Source of the DNA: Armatimonadota bacterium
GTDB lineage: Bacteria > Armatimonadota > Armatimonadia > Armatimonadales > Capsulimonadaceae
Length of the DNA stretch: 31,527 nt
Direction of reading: 5' to 3'
Assembly: GCA_031421335.1 (NCBI GenBank)
Contig: JANOOM010000638.1
Coordinates: 1-31,527 of the forward strand
This document shows, piece by piece, positions 6,384 to 15,187 of this stretch. Position numbers and translations under genes: made by a program. Every line of letters begins with the position of its first letter. The first letter of the stretch is position 1. The notes below the pieces were generated by a model. The model searched no databases and was not told where the DNA came from. It saw only the letters and a program-made list of their open reading frames with translations.

Positions 6384-9300
6384 TTACTTCACTCGAAATA
6401 CGGCGATCTCGGCCAGGCCGGCATTCTGCGTTCCCGCACTGACGCCGGTGACTTTGAAAGTCAGCGACGTGACCGTCTTGGCGGGGAAGCGCAGGATGAA
6501 CGGCGCGGAAGCGTCGTTGGGCAGGGCGCCGACGGGGAGGGCGATGCCATCGCTGAAGGTGACGGTGCCGGACGTGATCTGGTCGGTCGTGTTGGGTCGG
6601 TCGTAGAGCAGGATGTGGTCTATGGTCTGTGGGGTGGCCCAAGTGAGGGTCAGGGAGGCGCCGATCGTGCTGCCAGCCGACCACTCCTGGCTCTTGTCGC
6701 CGGGGTAGCCGCCGACGATGCCGTCCACGGCGCCCTCGGCGGAGTAGCCATCTTCGACGCCGCTGGCGGTGACTTTGGCCGTGCCGGCGACGTTGTCGGC
6801 GCCGGTCAGGTCGTCGGCGGGCGGCGGGGCGGCGGGCAGGCGGTAGGAGACGCCCTTGATCTTGAAGGAGATCTGGGCAGGCTTGAAAACGGTCCGGCCG
6901 CGCCAGACGTGCGGCGGGCCGGTGACTTCGAGCGGGGCGCCAGACAAGGGCAGGGCTGCTGTCCCCGTGCCGGCGACCTGGACCTGGTCGCTGTCGAGCA
7001 GCCCGCGCGGGGCGTAGAAGAGGTCGCGCACGGTGCCGCGGTAGAGGTACGGGGCCTGGCTCTTGCGGACCAGCCCGACGCCCATGACGGCGAGTGCGGC
7101 TTCCTGCTGGGCCGGCGTCGGTAGATCGTTGTTTTTGGGAGGCTCCGCGCCCAGAGCGCGGCGGTCGGAGGCGCGGGCGTGGAGGGCATCCCAGCCGCCT
7201 GGCTTGGCCTGGACGACGATGACAGCCGCCACGCCGAGGGGTCGGGCGGGGAGAGTAACGTGATTGGTGTAAGTCGCGGCGTCGTAGGCGGCGGCGATGG
7301 GGCGGCCGTTCAACGTCGCCGCCGTTGCCCGCGCCGTGTCCGGCAGCTCGATGACGAGCGCACGCCGAGCGGTCTGCCCGGCCCAGTGCCCGCGCGCCGC
7401 GCCGATGGTGATGGTCACGGCGCTGCCCCGGCGCGTGTAGGAAAGCGGCGTGGTGGCGGACGCGCCGCGCTCGTAGGCGGTCGTGATGCCGTCGTCTTCA
7501 TATAACGTGGAGCGCCCCGTCTGGCCATCCGCGCCGGGGTAGCAGCGGACCCGCAATGTCGTCAGTGGGGCTGTCCCCATGCGCGGCGTGTAGGGCTGCA
7601 TCGGGACGGGGACGCCGCCCCGGACGTACAGCGGGAACTCATTGATGTCGGCGGCGACAAGGGCGTCCGTGTTGCCTGCGTGGCGCTCGCCGGTGAAGAC
7701 GTCGTACCAGGCACCCGCAGGGAACCAGACCGTCTGGGCGGCGACGCGGCCCGGCCCAACCCCCGCCGTCACGATGGGGGCGGCTAATAGGTTGTCGCCC
7801 AGTAGGAACTCCTGAGCGTTGTGGTAGGCGTCTTCCTGGCGCGGATTATCGAAGTAAAGGGGCCGGTCGAGCGGGACGGTCTCACGGGCAGTCTGGGCGG
7901 CGCTGGTGTAGAGGTAGGGGAACAGCTCGGAGCGCAGGTGGAAGGAGGCGCGCATGGAGTTTTCGGCCCAGGCGGGGTAGTTCCAGGGGCGGCGGTCGGT
8001 CTGGGAGTCCCGCGTCGAGTGCGAGCGCAGGACGGGCGAAGTGGCGCCGAACTGGCACCAGCGGGCGTAGGACTCCTCGTTGCGCCCGCCCATGTGGCCG
8101 CCGATGTCGTGGGACCAGAAGAAGCAGCCGACATTGCCAGCCGTGGACGTGAACGGCACTTCAAACGCCAGCATGGGGAAGCCGGTGTCGGCGTCGCCGG
8201 AGAAGTGGATCGGGTGCCGGTGGTCGCCCCACCCTGCCCAGCGGGAAAAGGACAGGCCGCGCCGGCCGTCATGGGCGGTGTGGTCGTACAGCAGGGTGTT
8301 GAGCCAGAACAAATTGGAGAGGTCGGGAACCGAGCGCGTGTCGGGGTACTGCTGCCAGTCCAGCCACCAGAAGTCCACGCCGTCTTTCTCCAGCGGCGCG
8401 AAGACCGTGGAAAACAGGGCATCCATGTAGGTCTTGGAGCCGGCATCGAAGGGGATCGTCTGCTTCGTGGCCGGGTCCGCGCCCATGGCCTGGGTGAAGG
8501 CGGCGTACCGGTCCTCCTGGGGACCGACGCCGTCGGCGGGGTGCAGGTTCAGGGTGACGTGCAGGCCCTGCGCGTGGAGCCAGGGCAGCAGGGCCTCAGC
8601 GTCGGGGAGCAAGGTGCGGTTCCAGGACCAGCCGGTCCAGCCGTCCTTGTGCCAGTCCATATCCAGCACCATGTTATCCAGGGGGAAGTCGTGCTGACCG
8701 TACTCCTGGACGATCTTGTGGTAGTCGGCGGAGGAGAAGGGCCAGTAGCGCGAGTACCACGTCCCCAGCGCGTACTTCCGGGGCAGGGGGACGGGGCCGC
8801 CCACAGCCGTCAGCGATTGGAGGGCGGCCCGGTAATCGTCGCCGTAGCCGAACAAATACCAGTCGGTGCCGGCCGTCGGGGGCCGTGAGCGCACCCAGTC
8901 GGCTGCGAGCAGGGGCGAGCGCGAGTCGTCGAGCAGATACCAGCCGTCGCGCGACAAAACGCCCTGGCCCAGATCGAACGGGCCTTTGGCGCCGTCTAGG
9001 GTTCGGGCCGTGCCGCCGAGGTTGCCGGGGTTCGTCGCGCCGGGCGCCCAAACGGCGTGCTGGGCGCCCCGCCGAATTTCGGCCCGCAGGTTGGAGCCGG
9101 AGAACGATTGGCCGTTGGGCGTGTAGGTCAGCCGCAGTGCGCCCGTGTCAATGACCGTCGCACCGTTCGGAACCTGGGCCAGCTTGAAGCCGCCGAAGCG
9201 GGCGGCGCGGTTTACGGCGAACAGGGAAGGGTCGTCCACGAACGCGCCGCTGGGCGTGTACTCCATACGGACGCACTGAGCGGTGATGACCGTGAAGCGC

Positions 9301-9440
9301 GCCGATCCAACGACGACGGGGTTGGGAGCGGGCGCGGCATAGGCGGGCCGCAGGGCGCCGAGGAGCAGAAGGGCGAGCGCGGGCAGCAAGGCGCATCGGC
9401 GGCGTGTTAGGGCGGAGGGGCAGGGTTTCGGGTGAGTCAC
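6384..9440 (-). CDS. Secreted GH31 alpha-glycosidase with DUF5110-like and C-terminal discoidin/F5-8-like domains
   Basis: Signal peptide (RR...AYA-A). Motifs LGTWYSRYW, VLDMDWH, DFWWLDWQQ (nucleophile region), FSGD (acid/base), WSHDIGG and RSHS. The C-terminal beta-sandwich contains AVDG...EW...LTLTW...LYDRPN. Confidence 0.9.
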   Translation of the reverse strand: MTHPKPCPSALTRRRCALLPALALLLLGALRPAYAAPAPNPVVVGSARFTVITAQCVRMEYTPSGAFVDDPSLFAVNRAARFGGFKLAQVPNGATVIDTGALRLTYTPNGQSFSGSNLRAEIRRGAQHAVWAPGATNPGNLGGTARTLDGAKGPFDLGQGVLSRDGWYLLDDSRSPLLAADWVRSRPPTAGTDWYLFGYGDDYRAALQSLTAVGGPVPLPRKYALGTWYSRYWPFSSADYHKIVQEYGQHDFPLDNMVLDMDWHKDGWTGWSWNRTLLPDAEALLPWLHAQGLHVTLNLHPADGVGPQEDRYAAFTQAMGADPATKQTIPFDAGSKTYMDALFSTVFAPLEKDGVDFWWLDWQQYPDTRSVPDLSNLFWLNTLLYDHTAHDGRRGLSFSRWAGWGDHRHPIHFSGDADTGFPMLAFEVPFTSTAGNVGCFFWSHDIGGHMGGRNEESYARWCQFGATSPVLRSHSTRDSQTDRRPWNYPAWAENSMRASFHLRSELFPYLYTSAAQTARETVPLDRPLYFDNPRQEDAYHNAQEFLLGDNLLAAPIVTAGVGPGRVAAQTVWFPAGAWYDVFTGERHAGNTDALVAADINEFPLYVRGGVPVPMQPYTPRMGTAPLTTLRVRCYPGADGQTGRSTLYEDDGITTAYERGASATTPLSYTRRGSAVTITIGAARGHWAGQTARRALVIELPDTARATAATLNGRPIAAAYDAATYTNHVTLPARPLGVAAVIVVQAKPGGWDALHARASDRRALGAEPPKNNDLPTPAQQEAALAVMGVGLVRKSQAPYLYRGTVRDLFYAPRGLLDSDQVQVAGTGTAALPLSGAPLEVTGPPHVWRGRTVFKPAQISFKIKGVSYRLPAAPPPADDLTGADNVAGTAKVTASGVEDGYSAEGAVDGIVGGYPGDKSQEWSAGSTIGASLTLTWATPQTIDHILLYDRPNTTDQITSGTVTFSDGIALPVGALPNDASAPFILRFPAKTVTSLTFKVTGVSAGTQNAGLAEIAVFRVK

Positions 9441-9513
9441 GGGGGCCTCGGGACGGTGTCAAGTAGTGCTGGTGTCACTGTTCGCCACCGGACGAGGGTT
9501 TTCCTGCTGGGGC

Positions 9514-9568
9514 GGGCGAGTAAGACGAGTGAATGAATTCACTCGCTGCGCTCAGATTTGTCCAAGGG
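9514..9568. repeat. Dispersed copy of the ~55-bp repeat found at 4506-4560
   Basis: GGGCGAGT..CGAGTGAATGAATTCACTCGCT..AT.TGTCC.AGGG is shared with 4506-4560. Confidence 0.75.
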
Positions 9569-9614
9569 GCAAGGGAATGGGCAAGAGCCGGGGGGGAGGC
9601 AGCACACGCCTTCG

Positions 9615-10415
9615 TCACTTCTTGCGGGCGCTGGTCCGCGCCGGGCGGCGGCGGATGGCGAGCACGGCGACGTCGTCGTGGAACTCGCCCCGGCAGAAGG
9701 CGGAAACGCGGCGCAATAGGGTGGCGACCAGGCGGCCCAGTGCGAGTGGGGCAACGCGGGCGAACAGGGTCTTGAGGCGGTCTATCCCCAGCCACTCCAG
9801 CCGGGACTGCGGCGGGTGCGCGTCGGAAACGCCGTCGGTGTAGAGGAGGAGGGTACCGCCGGCCGGCACGTTCGCCTCGTACTGCTCGAAGCGGGCCATG
9901 GCGGGCGGGAAAGCGCCGACCGGCGGCCCGGTCCCGACCAGCTCCTCTACGGCCTCGGGGCCGCGCGTCCCCGCAGCGGCGATCAGGGCCGGCTCGTGGC
10001 CGCCACTGGCATAGGTCAGCCGTCCGGTCCCGGCTTCAAGCCTACCGACGAAGACGGTGCCGAAGCCCTCGAAATGGGGGTCCGGCTCGATCATAGCATT
10101 GACGGCGGACAGGGTCTCGGCGGGCGAAAGGCCAACCGTGATGCAGTCGGAGATCAAAGCGCGCATGTGCTCAGCCTGGAGTGCCTGCTCCGGCCCATGC
10201 CCCGCCACGTCGCCGATGACGATGGCGACATCGCCCGCTTCCCCTTCGAGCGCGAAGGCGCTGTAGAAATCGCCACCCAAGGGCGGTGTTGCGGGCTGAT
10301 CGGCGTGGGCGACGGTATATTCTCGGGAGAGTGTCTCCTGGTCCTGTCGCGGTGCGAGCATCTCTTCTGGTGCGGGCATCTCTTCTGGTGGTAGTTGCTC
10401 AATCATTTCAGTCAC
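9615..10415 (-). CDS. PP2C/SpoIIE-family (RsbU-like) protein phosphatase, no sensor domain
   Basis: Motifs GGDFY, IGDVAGHG, SGGHEP, LLYTDGV and DDVAVL. Confidence 0.9.
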   Translation of the reverse strand: MTEMIEQLPPEEMPAPEEMLAPRQDQETLSREYTVAHADQPATPPLGGDFYSAFALEGEAGDVAIVIGDVAGHGPEQALQAEHMRALISDCITVGLSPAETLSAVNAMIEPDPHFEGFGTVFVGRLEAGTGRLTYASGGHEPALIAAAGTRGPEAVEELVGTGPPVGAFPPAMARFEQYEANVPAGGTLLLYTDGVSDAHPPQSRLEWLGIDRLKTLFARVAPLALGRLVATLLRRVSAFCRGEFHDDVAVLAIRRRPARTSARKK

Positions 10416-10482
10416 AGTATAACACAGATTTGGGGGTTATGCTACGAGGCGAGGTGTTTTCAGCCAGCCTCCTGAAGATGAC

Positions 10483-10521
10483 CTCGTAAGCCTATCTCGT
10501 GAGCCTATCTCATAAGCCTAT
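10483..10521 (+). repeat. Three 13-bp tandem direct repeats in the divergent intergenic region
   Basis: CTCGTAAGCCTAT / CTCGTGAGCCTAT / CTCATAAGCCTAT. Confidence 0.85.
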
Positions 10522-10553
10522 AGAGAGTGTGCTAACACTCCGATAATTGTCAG

Positions 10554-13500
10554 GTGATGCTAAATACTCTACTTTCCCACCCCAGTTCATCCAAGGAATC
10601 TTCCGAGACGTCCCACCCACGCACTCTGGGATGGATGGGAACGACTGCGCTGGCAATGGGGGGCAGTAACCAAAGCCTGTTTATTATCGGTGCGCTGATT
10701 ATCGGTCAGGGCAATATCCATGGACAGGGCAGCGCCGCGATCCCTTTGCTGCTCTTAGGGCTGCTTTTGGGCTGGATGGCCGCGCCGGGCTGGATCGAAC
10801 TGGTCCTGATGTGGCCCAATCGCGTGGGAGGCATCGCGGCGACCTGTGCAGAGGCGTTTCGTCCTTACAGTCCCGTTCTCGCCAATCTTGCCGGGACATG
10901 CTATTGGTGGGGATGGATTCCGACCTGTGGGCTGACGGCACTGCTGTCCGCATCGGCCATTCATCAGTGGTACTTACCGCTTGTCCCAGTCCCCGCTCTC
11001 GCCTGTGGACTGGTCCTGCTATTCGCAGCCATCAACCTATGCGGCGTTCGATGGGTCACGCGGATGACGGTGCCTATTGCCGCCGGCTCGGCGGGCCTGG
11101 CCTTTTTGTCGGCGCTTGTTCCAGTGCTGACCGGCCATGTAGATTGGCATCAAGCAACGACGTTCCACCTGACCATTCCCTTCTCCGGGCTGTTCGGCAG
11201 CTTGACCAGCTTCATGGCGGGGCTTTACCTCGTCGGGTTTGCCGCGCCGGCTTTTGAGGCGGCTGCCTGCCATGTCGGGGAAACGATCGATCCGGTGAGG
11301 AATGTCCCACGCGCCATGTTCGCATCAGGCGCCATGGCAACGCTGTTCTTCGGCATTCTGCCTGTCATCTGGCTGGGAACACTCGGTTCCGAGGCTCTGG
11401 GCGGGGACCTCGCGCAGACTCTCGGGCCGACATTCGCGCCGCTCTTCGGGAGCGCTGCCAAGGCGGCTGCGATCTGGTTCATGATGCTGAATATGTTCCA
11501 CGGGACCATCCAGCCGCTCGCGGGAGCATCCCGAACGCTGGCGCAGTTGGCCGAAGATGGCTTGCTGCCACAGATCCTCGCCCGGCGTCTTCGCACGGAT
11601 GCGCCCTGGGTGGCGACGGCGCTGACAGCAGGCATGGCGATCGCTTTTCTGCTGGCGGGTGATCCGATCTGGCTGGTGGCAGCGGCGAACCTGACTTATC
11701 TTATCGGCATTTGTCTGCCTAACATTGCGGTTTGGCTGCTCCGGCGCGATGCGCCTGAGATACGCCGGCCCTGGCGCGCGCCGCGCGGGACAATCGAGCT
11801 GGGCGTGGCGGCTTCTCTGGTGTGGCTGGCGGCGACGATCCTCGGCTTTGAGCAGTTTGGGCTGCCGACCGTCTTGGCTGGACTGGCACTGGCATATTCC
11901 GGGTCCGTCTTCTATGCCGTCCGCTGCTGGCAGGACCGGCGCGGACGGAACATTCGGAAATATGCCTGGTCACTCCATACCAAATTAACGGGATCCATGC
12001 TCCTCGTGCTGACCCTAGACGGCGTCGGGTACTTTTTGGCGATCCGCAGCGTCCATACCGGACACCCGGAGTGGATCGCGGCCCTGGAAGACATCTTCGT
12101 CGCCGTCGCGCTGCTGACGATCTCGGTCGGGCTGATTTTGCCGGGGATGATCGGCCACGCGATGGAAGAAGTGGCCCAAGCCGCACGGCGGCTGGCAACG
12201 GGAACGCTCACCGACTTTTCGCGCGCCATGGCGGCGCTCGGGCGAGGCGATTTGGATGGGGCCTATGCACGGGTGGACATCACACCGGTTCGCGTACATT
12301 CACACGACGAAGTGGGAGAAATGGCGGACAGCTTCAATTTGATGCAGGGGGAGATCATCCAGGCCGCCCAGGGACTTTCGAACGCCCGCGAAGGCCTGCG
12401 GACTGCCAACACTGTTCTGGAAACACGGATGGTCGAGTTGCACGAAAGTCGAGAGCGTTTCGAGATCGCCGTTCAAGGCTCCCGCGATGGTTTATGGGAC
12501 TGGGACATACAACGCGGCACCGTCTATTTCTCGCCACGATGGAAAGCGATTCTCGGCTATGAAGACGATGAAATTGTCAACCAACCCGGCAACTGGATAA
12601 AGCACGTCTGTCCTGAAGACCGGCATCTGGTGCAAACAGCGGTGGATGACTATTTAAGCGGAATCCAGCCCAATTACGAGATAGAGTTCCGTATGCGGCA
12701 CAAAGACGGCGGAGTGCGCTGGGTGCTTGCGCGTGGTGTCGCCCTGCGCGACTCCGCAGGGCGGGCGTGCCGGATGGCAGGGTCACACACGGATATCACC
12801 GGGCGCAAGAGGGCGGAGCAGGAGCTTCTGGCGGCCAAATCCGCAGCAGAAGCGGCTTCGCAGGCTAAAAGCCTCTTCCTCGCCAACATGAGCCATGAGC
12901 TGCGAACCCCTATGAACGCGATCATCGGCTTCTCCGAGCTGCTGCAAGACCAGGTGTTCGGTGAGATGAATGCGCGTCAGACTAAGTATGTAGGCAACAT
13001 CTCGACCAGTGGCAAGCACTTGCTTCAGCTCATCAACGACATTCTGGACCTGTCCAAAGTGGAGTCAGGGCACATGGAACTGTTTGTACAGGCAGTGGAG
13101 GTATCCGAAGTCCTGCGGGGCGTCATTGCCGTCGCACAAGGGCTCGCTACTAAGAAACAGGTGGCGCTGACGCTGGCCGTCGAAGAGGAACTGCCGCCAC
13201 TGATGGCCGACCCGGCACGTCTCAAGCAGATTCTCTACAACCTGCTCTCAAACGCCGTCAAGTTCACCCCCCAAGGCGGGCAGGTGACAGTCGAAGCGCG
13301 CCTTGTCAATGGCTTGCTGGAAGTCTCCGTTTGTGATAGCGGGATCGGGCTGCGTCCCGAAGATCGGGAGCGTATCTTCGGTCAGTTCGAGCAAGTCGAC
13401 TCGACTTATACCCGTCTTCAGCAGGGTACAGGATTGGGGCTATCTTTGACCCGTCGGATGGTGGCGATGCACGGCGGAGAAATCTGGGTGGAAAGTGAGG

Positions 13501-13634
13501 GGCCGGGTTTGGGTTCGACCTTCCGGTTCACGCTGCCGCTCACGCTGCTGCTCACGCTGCCGCTCACGCTTCTAGAAGCATCATCAAACACGTTCCTGCC
13601 AGAAACACTCCCAGCACTGCGCTTGGCCGCGTAG
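10554..13634 (+). CDS. APC-superfamily amino-acid-permease domain fused to HAMP, PAS/PAC and histidine kinase domains
   Basis: About 450 aa with roughly 12 hydrophobic segments (TM1-like ALAMGGSN, GFAAPAFEAAAC, SRTLAQLAEDGLLP), then 2 more TMs. HAMP-like segment DEVGEMADSFNLM, PAS (GSRDGLWDWD...WIKHVCPEDR), H-box SHELRTPMN, N-box NLLSNAVKFT, G1 DSGIG, G2 GTGLGL. Confidence 0.88.
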   Translation: MMLNTLLSHPSSSKESSETSHPRTLGWMGTTALAMGGSNQSLFIIGALIIGQGNIHGQGSAAIPLLLLGLLLGWMAAPGWIELVLMWPNRVGGIAATCAEAFRPYSPVLANLAGTCYWWGWIPTCGLTALLSASAIHQWYLPLVPVPALACGLVLLFAAINLCGVRWVTRMTVPIAAGSAGLAFLSALVPVLTGHVDWHQATTFHLTIPFSGLFGSLTSFMAGLYLVGFAAPAFEAAACHVGETIDPVRNVPRAMFASGAMATLFFGILPVIWLGTLGSEALGGDLAQTLGPTFAPLFGSAAKAAAIWFMMLNMFHGTIQPLAGASRTLAQLAEDGLLPQILARRLRTDAPWVATALTAGMAIAFLLAGDPIWLVAAANLTYLIGICLPNIAVWLLRRDAPEIRRPWRAPRGTIELGVAASLVWLAATILGFEQFGLPTVLAGLALAYSGSVFYAVRCWQDRRGRNIRKYAWSLHTKLTGSMLLVLTLDGVGYFLAIRSVHTGHPEWIAALEDIFVAVALLTISVGLILPGMIGHAMEEVAQAARRLATGTLTDFSRAMAALGRGDLDGAYARVDITPVRVHSHDEVGEMADSFNLMQGEIIQAAQGLSNAREGLRTANTVLETRMVELHESRERFEIAVQGSRDGLWDWDIQRGTVYFSPRWKAILGYEDDEIVNQPGNWIKHVCPEDRHLVQTAVDDYLSGIQPNYEIEFRMRHKDGGVRWVLARGVALRDSAGRACRMAGSHTDITGRKRAEQELLAAKSAAEAASQAKSLFLANMSHELRTPMNAIIGFSELLQDQVFGEMNARQTKYVGNISTSGKHLLQLINDILDLSKVESGHMELFVQAVEVSEVLRGVIAVAQGLATKKQVALTLAVEEELPPLMADPARLKQILYNLLSNAVKFTPQGGQVTVEARLVNGLLEVSVCDSGIGLRPEDRERIFGQFEQVDSTYTRLQQGTGLGLSLTRRMVAMHGGEIWVESEGPGLGSTFRFTLPLTLLLTLPLTLLEASSNTFLPETLPALRLAA

Positions 13635-13640
13635 GAAGGT

Positions 13641-14036
13641 ATGACCCCGATGACAATGCACACGATCTTGATCGTTGAAGACAATCCATTTAACATGGAA
13701 CTAGCGACCGACGTTCTGGAACACGTCGGCTTTGCCGTCAGACAGGCCACGACAGGCGAGGCCGGAATTGCCGAAGCGCTCCGGCTACCGCCGGACCTTA
13801 TTCTGATGGATGTCGCTCTGCCCGGCATGGACGGTTTGACAGCGACATATCAACTCAAGCAAAACCCACAGACGCGCGCTATCCCAATCGTCTTCCTGAC
13901 GTCCCATGCCATGTACGGCGATAAGGACCGGGCGCTGGCGGCAGGTGGCGCACTTTATCTGACCAAGCCACTCAACACACGCACCCTCGCCGATACGCTC
14001 CGGGCAGTCCTGGCAGGTCAAGAGAGGAAGTCATGA
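13641..14036 (+). CDS. Single-domain response regulator (CheY/DivK-like)
   Basis: ILIVEDN, LILMDVALPGMDG (phosphoacceptor Asp), LTS, LTKP. Confidence 0.92.
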   Translation: MTPMTMHTILIVEDNPFNMELATDVLEHVGFAVRQATTGEAGIAEALRLPPDLILMDVALPGMDGLTATYQLKQNPQTRAIPIVFLTSHAMYGDKDRALAAGGALYLTKPLNTRTLADTLRAVLAGQERKS

Positions 14037-15163
14037 CTATCACCCAAAAGCGGATTCTGCTTGTTGACGATGAAGAATTCAACCGGGAACTGTTGGCTGC
14101 GCAGTTGGAATCGCTGGGGCATGTCTGGGAAGAAGCACAGAGCGGGGCGGAGGCCCTGGCGCTCCTGGACAAGCGCTTCGACCTCCTGCTGGTGGATGGG
14201 ATGATGCCGGAGATGGACGGGTTTGAACTGGTGTCACAGATCCGCGCCCAAGAGGACTACAAAGATGTGCCGATCATTATGGTCACTGCGCTCAACAGCC
14301 ATCAGGACCGGATGAAGGCGGTGGAAGCGGGTGCGAATGATTTCATCACCAAACCGGTTGACCGGCACGAGCTTCATGTGCGGACCGAATGCATGCTCAA
14401 GATGAAAGCAGCCCAAGACGCCGTCAAGAACCATCAGGCCGATTTGGAACGCATGATAGCAGCACGGACTTCCGACCTGCAAAATGCGATGAGCGAAGTC
14501 GTCCTGGGGCGCCAGCAGATCTACGAGGCGCAGCTTGACACGATCCATCGCCTGGCCCTGGCCGCCGAGCATCGTGACGAGCATACCGCCTCACATATTC
14601 ACCGCGTCAGCCACTACTGCGGCCTGTTAGCCTGGGCGCTGGACCTGCCGGCGGACGAAACGGAGCATATCCAGCAGGGCAGCATCATGCACGATGTCGG
14701 CAAGATAGGCATCCCCGACTCGATCCTGCTGAAAGAGGGACGGTTGGGCGATGCCGAACGCGGTGTCATGGAGCAGCACACGATCATCGGGGCGGACATT
14801 CTGTGCGGGTCTTCCTCGAAGCTGCTCCAGATGGGCGAGATCATCGCCCTGACGCACCATGAAAAGTGGGACGGCAGCGGTTACCCGCATGGGCTAAAGG
14901 GGGAAGCCATCCCCCTTCATGGCCGCATCTGCGCCGTCGCCGATGTCTTCGATGCCTTGACAAGCCGGCGTCCTTACAAGAAAGCCTACACGCGCAGTGA
15001 GTCGCGCGAGATTCTATGCCAGGGCTATGGGACCCACTTCGACCCCCGGATATTGGATCTCTTCTTGGCGAACTTCGAAGTCGTGGAGGTGATTCAGAAC
15101 CGATACGGTGACGGAGAGGGAGTCGAGGAAACAAGCGACTTGATGACAACCCTGCACTTGTAG
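14033..15163 (+). CDS. REC-HD-GYP response regulator (RpfG-like putative cyclic di-GMP phosphodiesterase)
   Basis: Receiver (LLVDD, LLVDGMMPEMDG, FITKP), then HDVGKIG, HHEKWDGSGYP and AVADVFDAL...RPYK. ATGA overlap with the upstream gene. Confidence 0.92.
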   Translation: MTITQKRILLVDDEEFNRELLAAQLESLGHVWEEAQSGAEALALLDKRFDLLLVDGMMPEMDGFELVSQIRAQEDYKDVPIIMVTALNSHQDRMKAVEAGANDFITKPVDRHELHVRTECMLKMKAAQDAVKNHQADLERMIAARTSDLQNAMSEVVLGRQQIYEAQLDTIHRLALAAEHRDEHTASHIHRVSHYCGLLAWALDLPADETEHIQQGSIMHDVGKIGIPDSILLKEGRLGDAERGVMEQHTIIGADILCGSSSKLLQMGEIIALTHHEKWDGSGYPHGLKGEAIPLHGRICAVADVFDALTSRRPYKKAYTRSESREILCQGYGTHFDPRILDLFLANFEVVEVIQNRYGDGEGVEETSDLMTTLHL

Positions 15164-15187
15164 AAGGGCAGCAGGAAGCTGCCTACC

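Noticed and set aside
9453-9478. TTGACA on the minus strand and a GGTGTCA direct repeat before GH31
   Set aside because: It is too close to the start codon to have a -10 element, and a 7-bp pair is too weak to call an operator.
10510-10536. CIRCE-like half site (GTGTGCTAA)
   Set aside because: The matching TTAGCACTC half at 9-nt spacing is absent.
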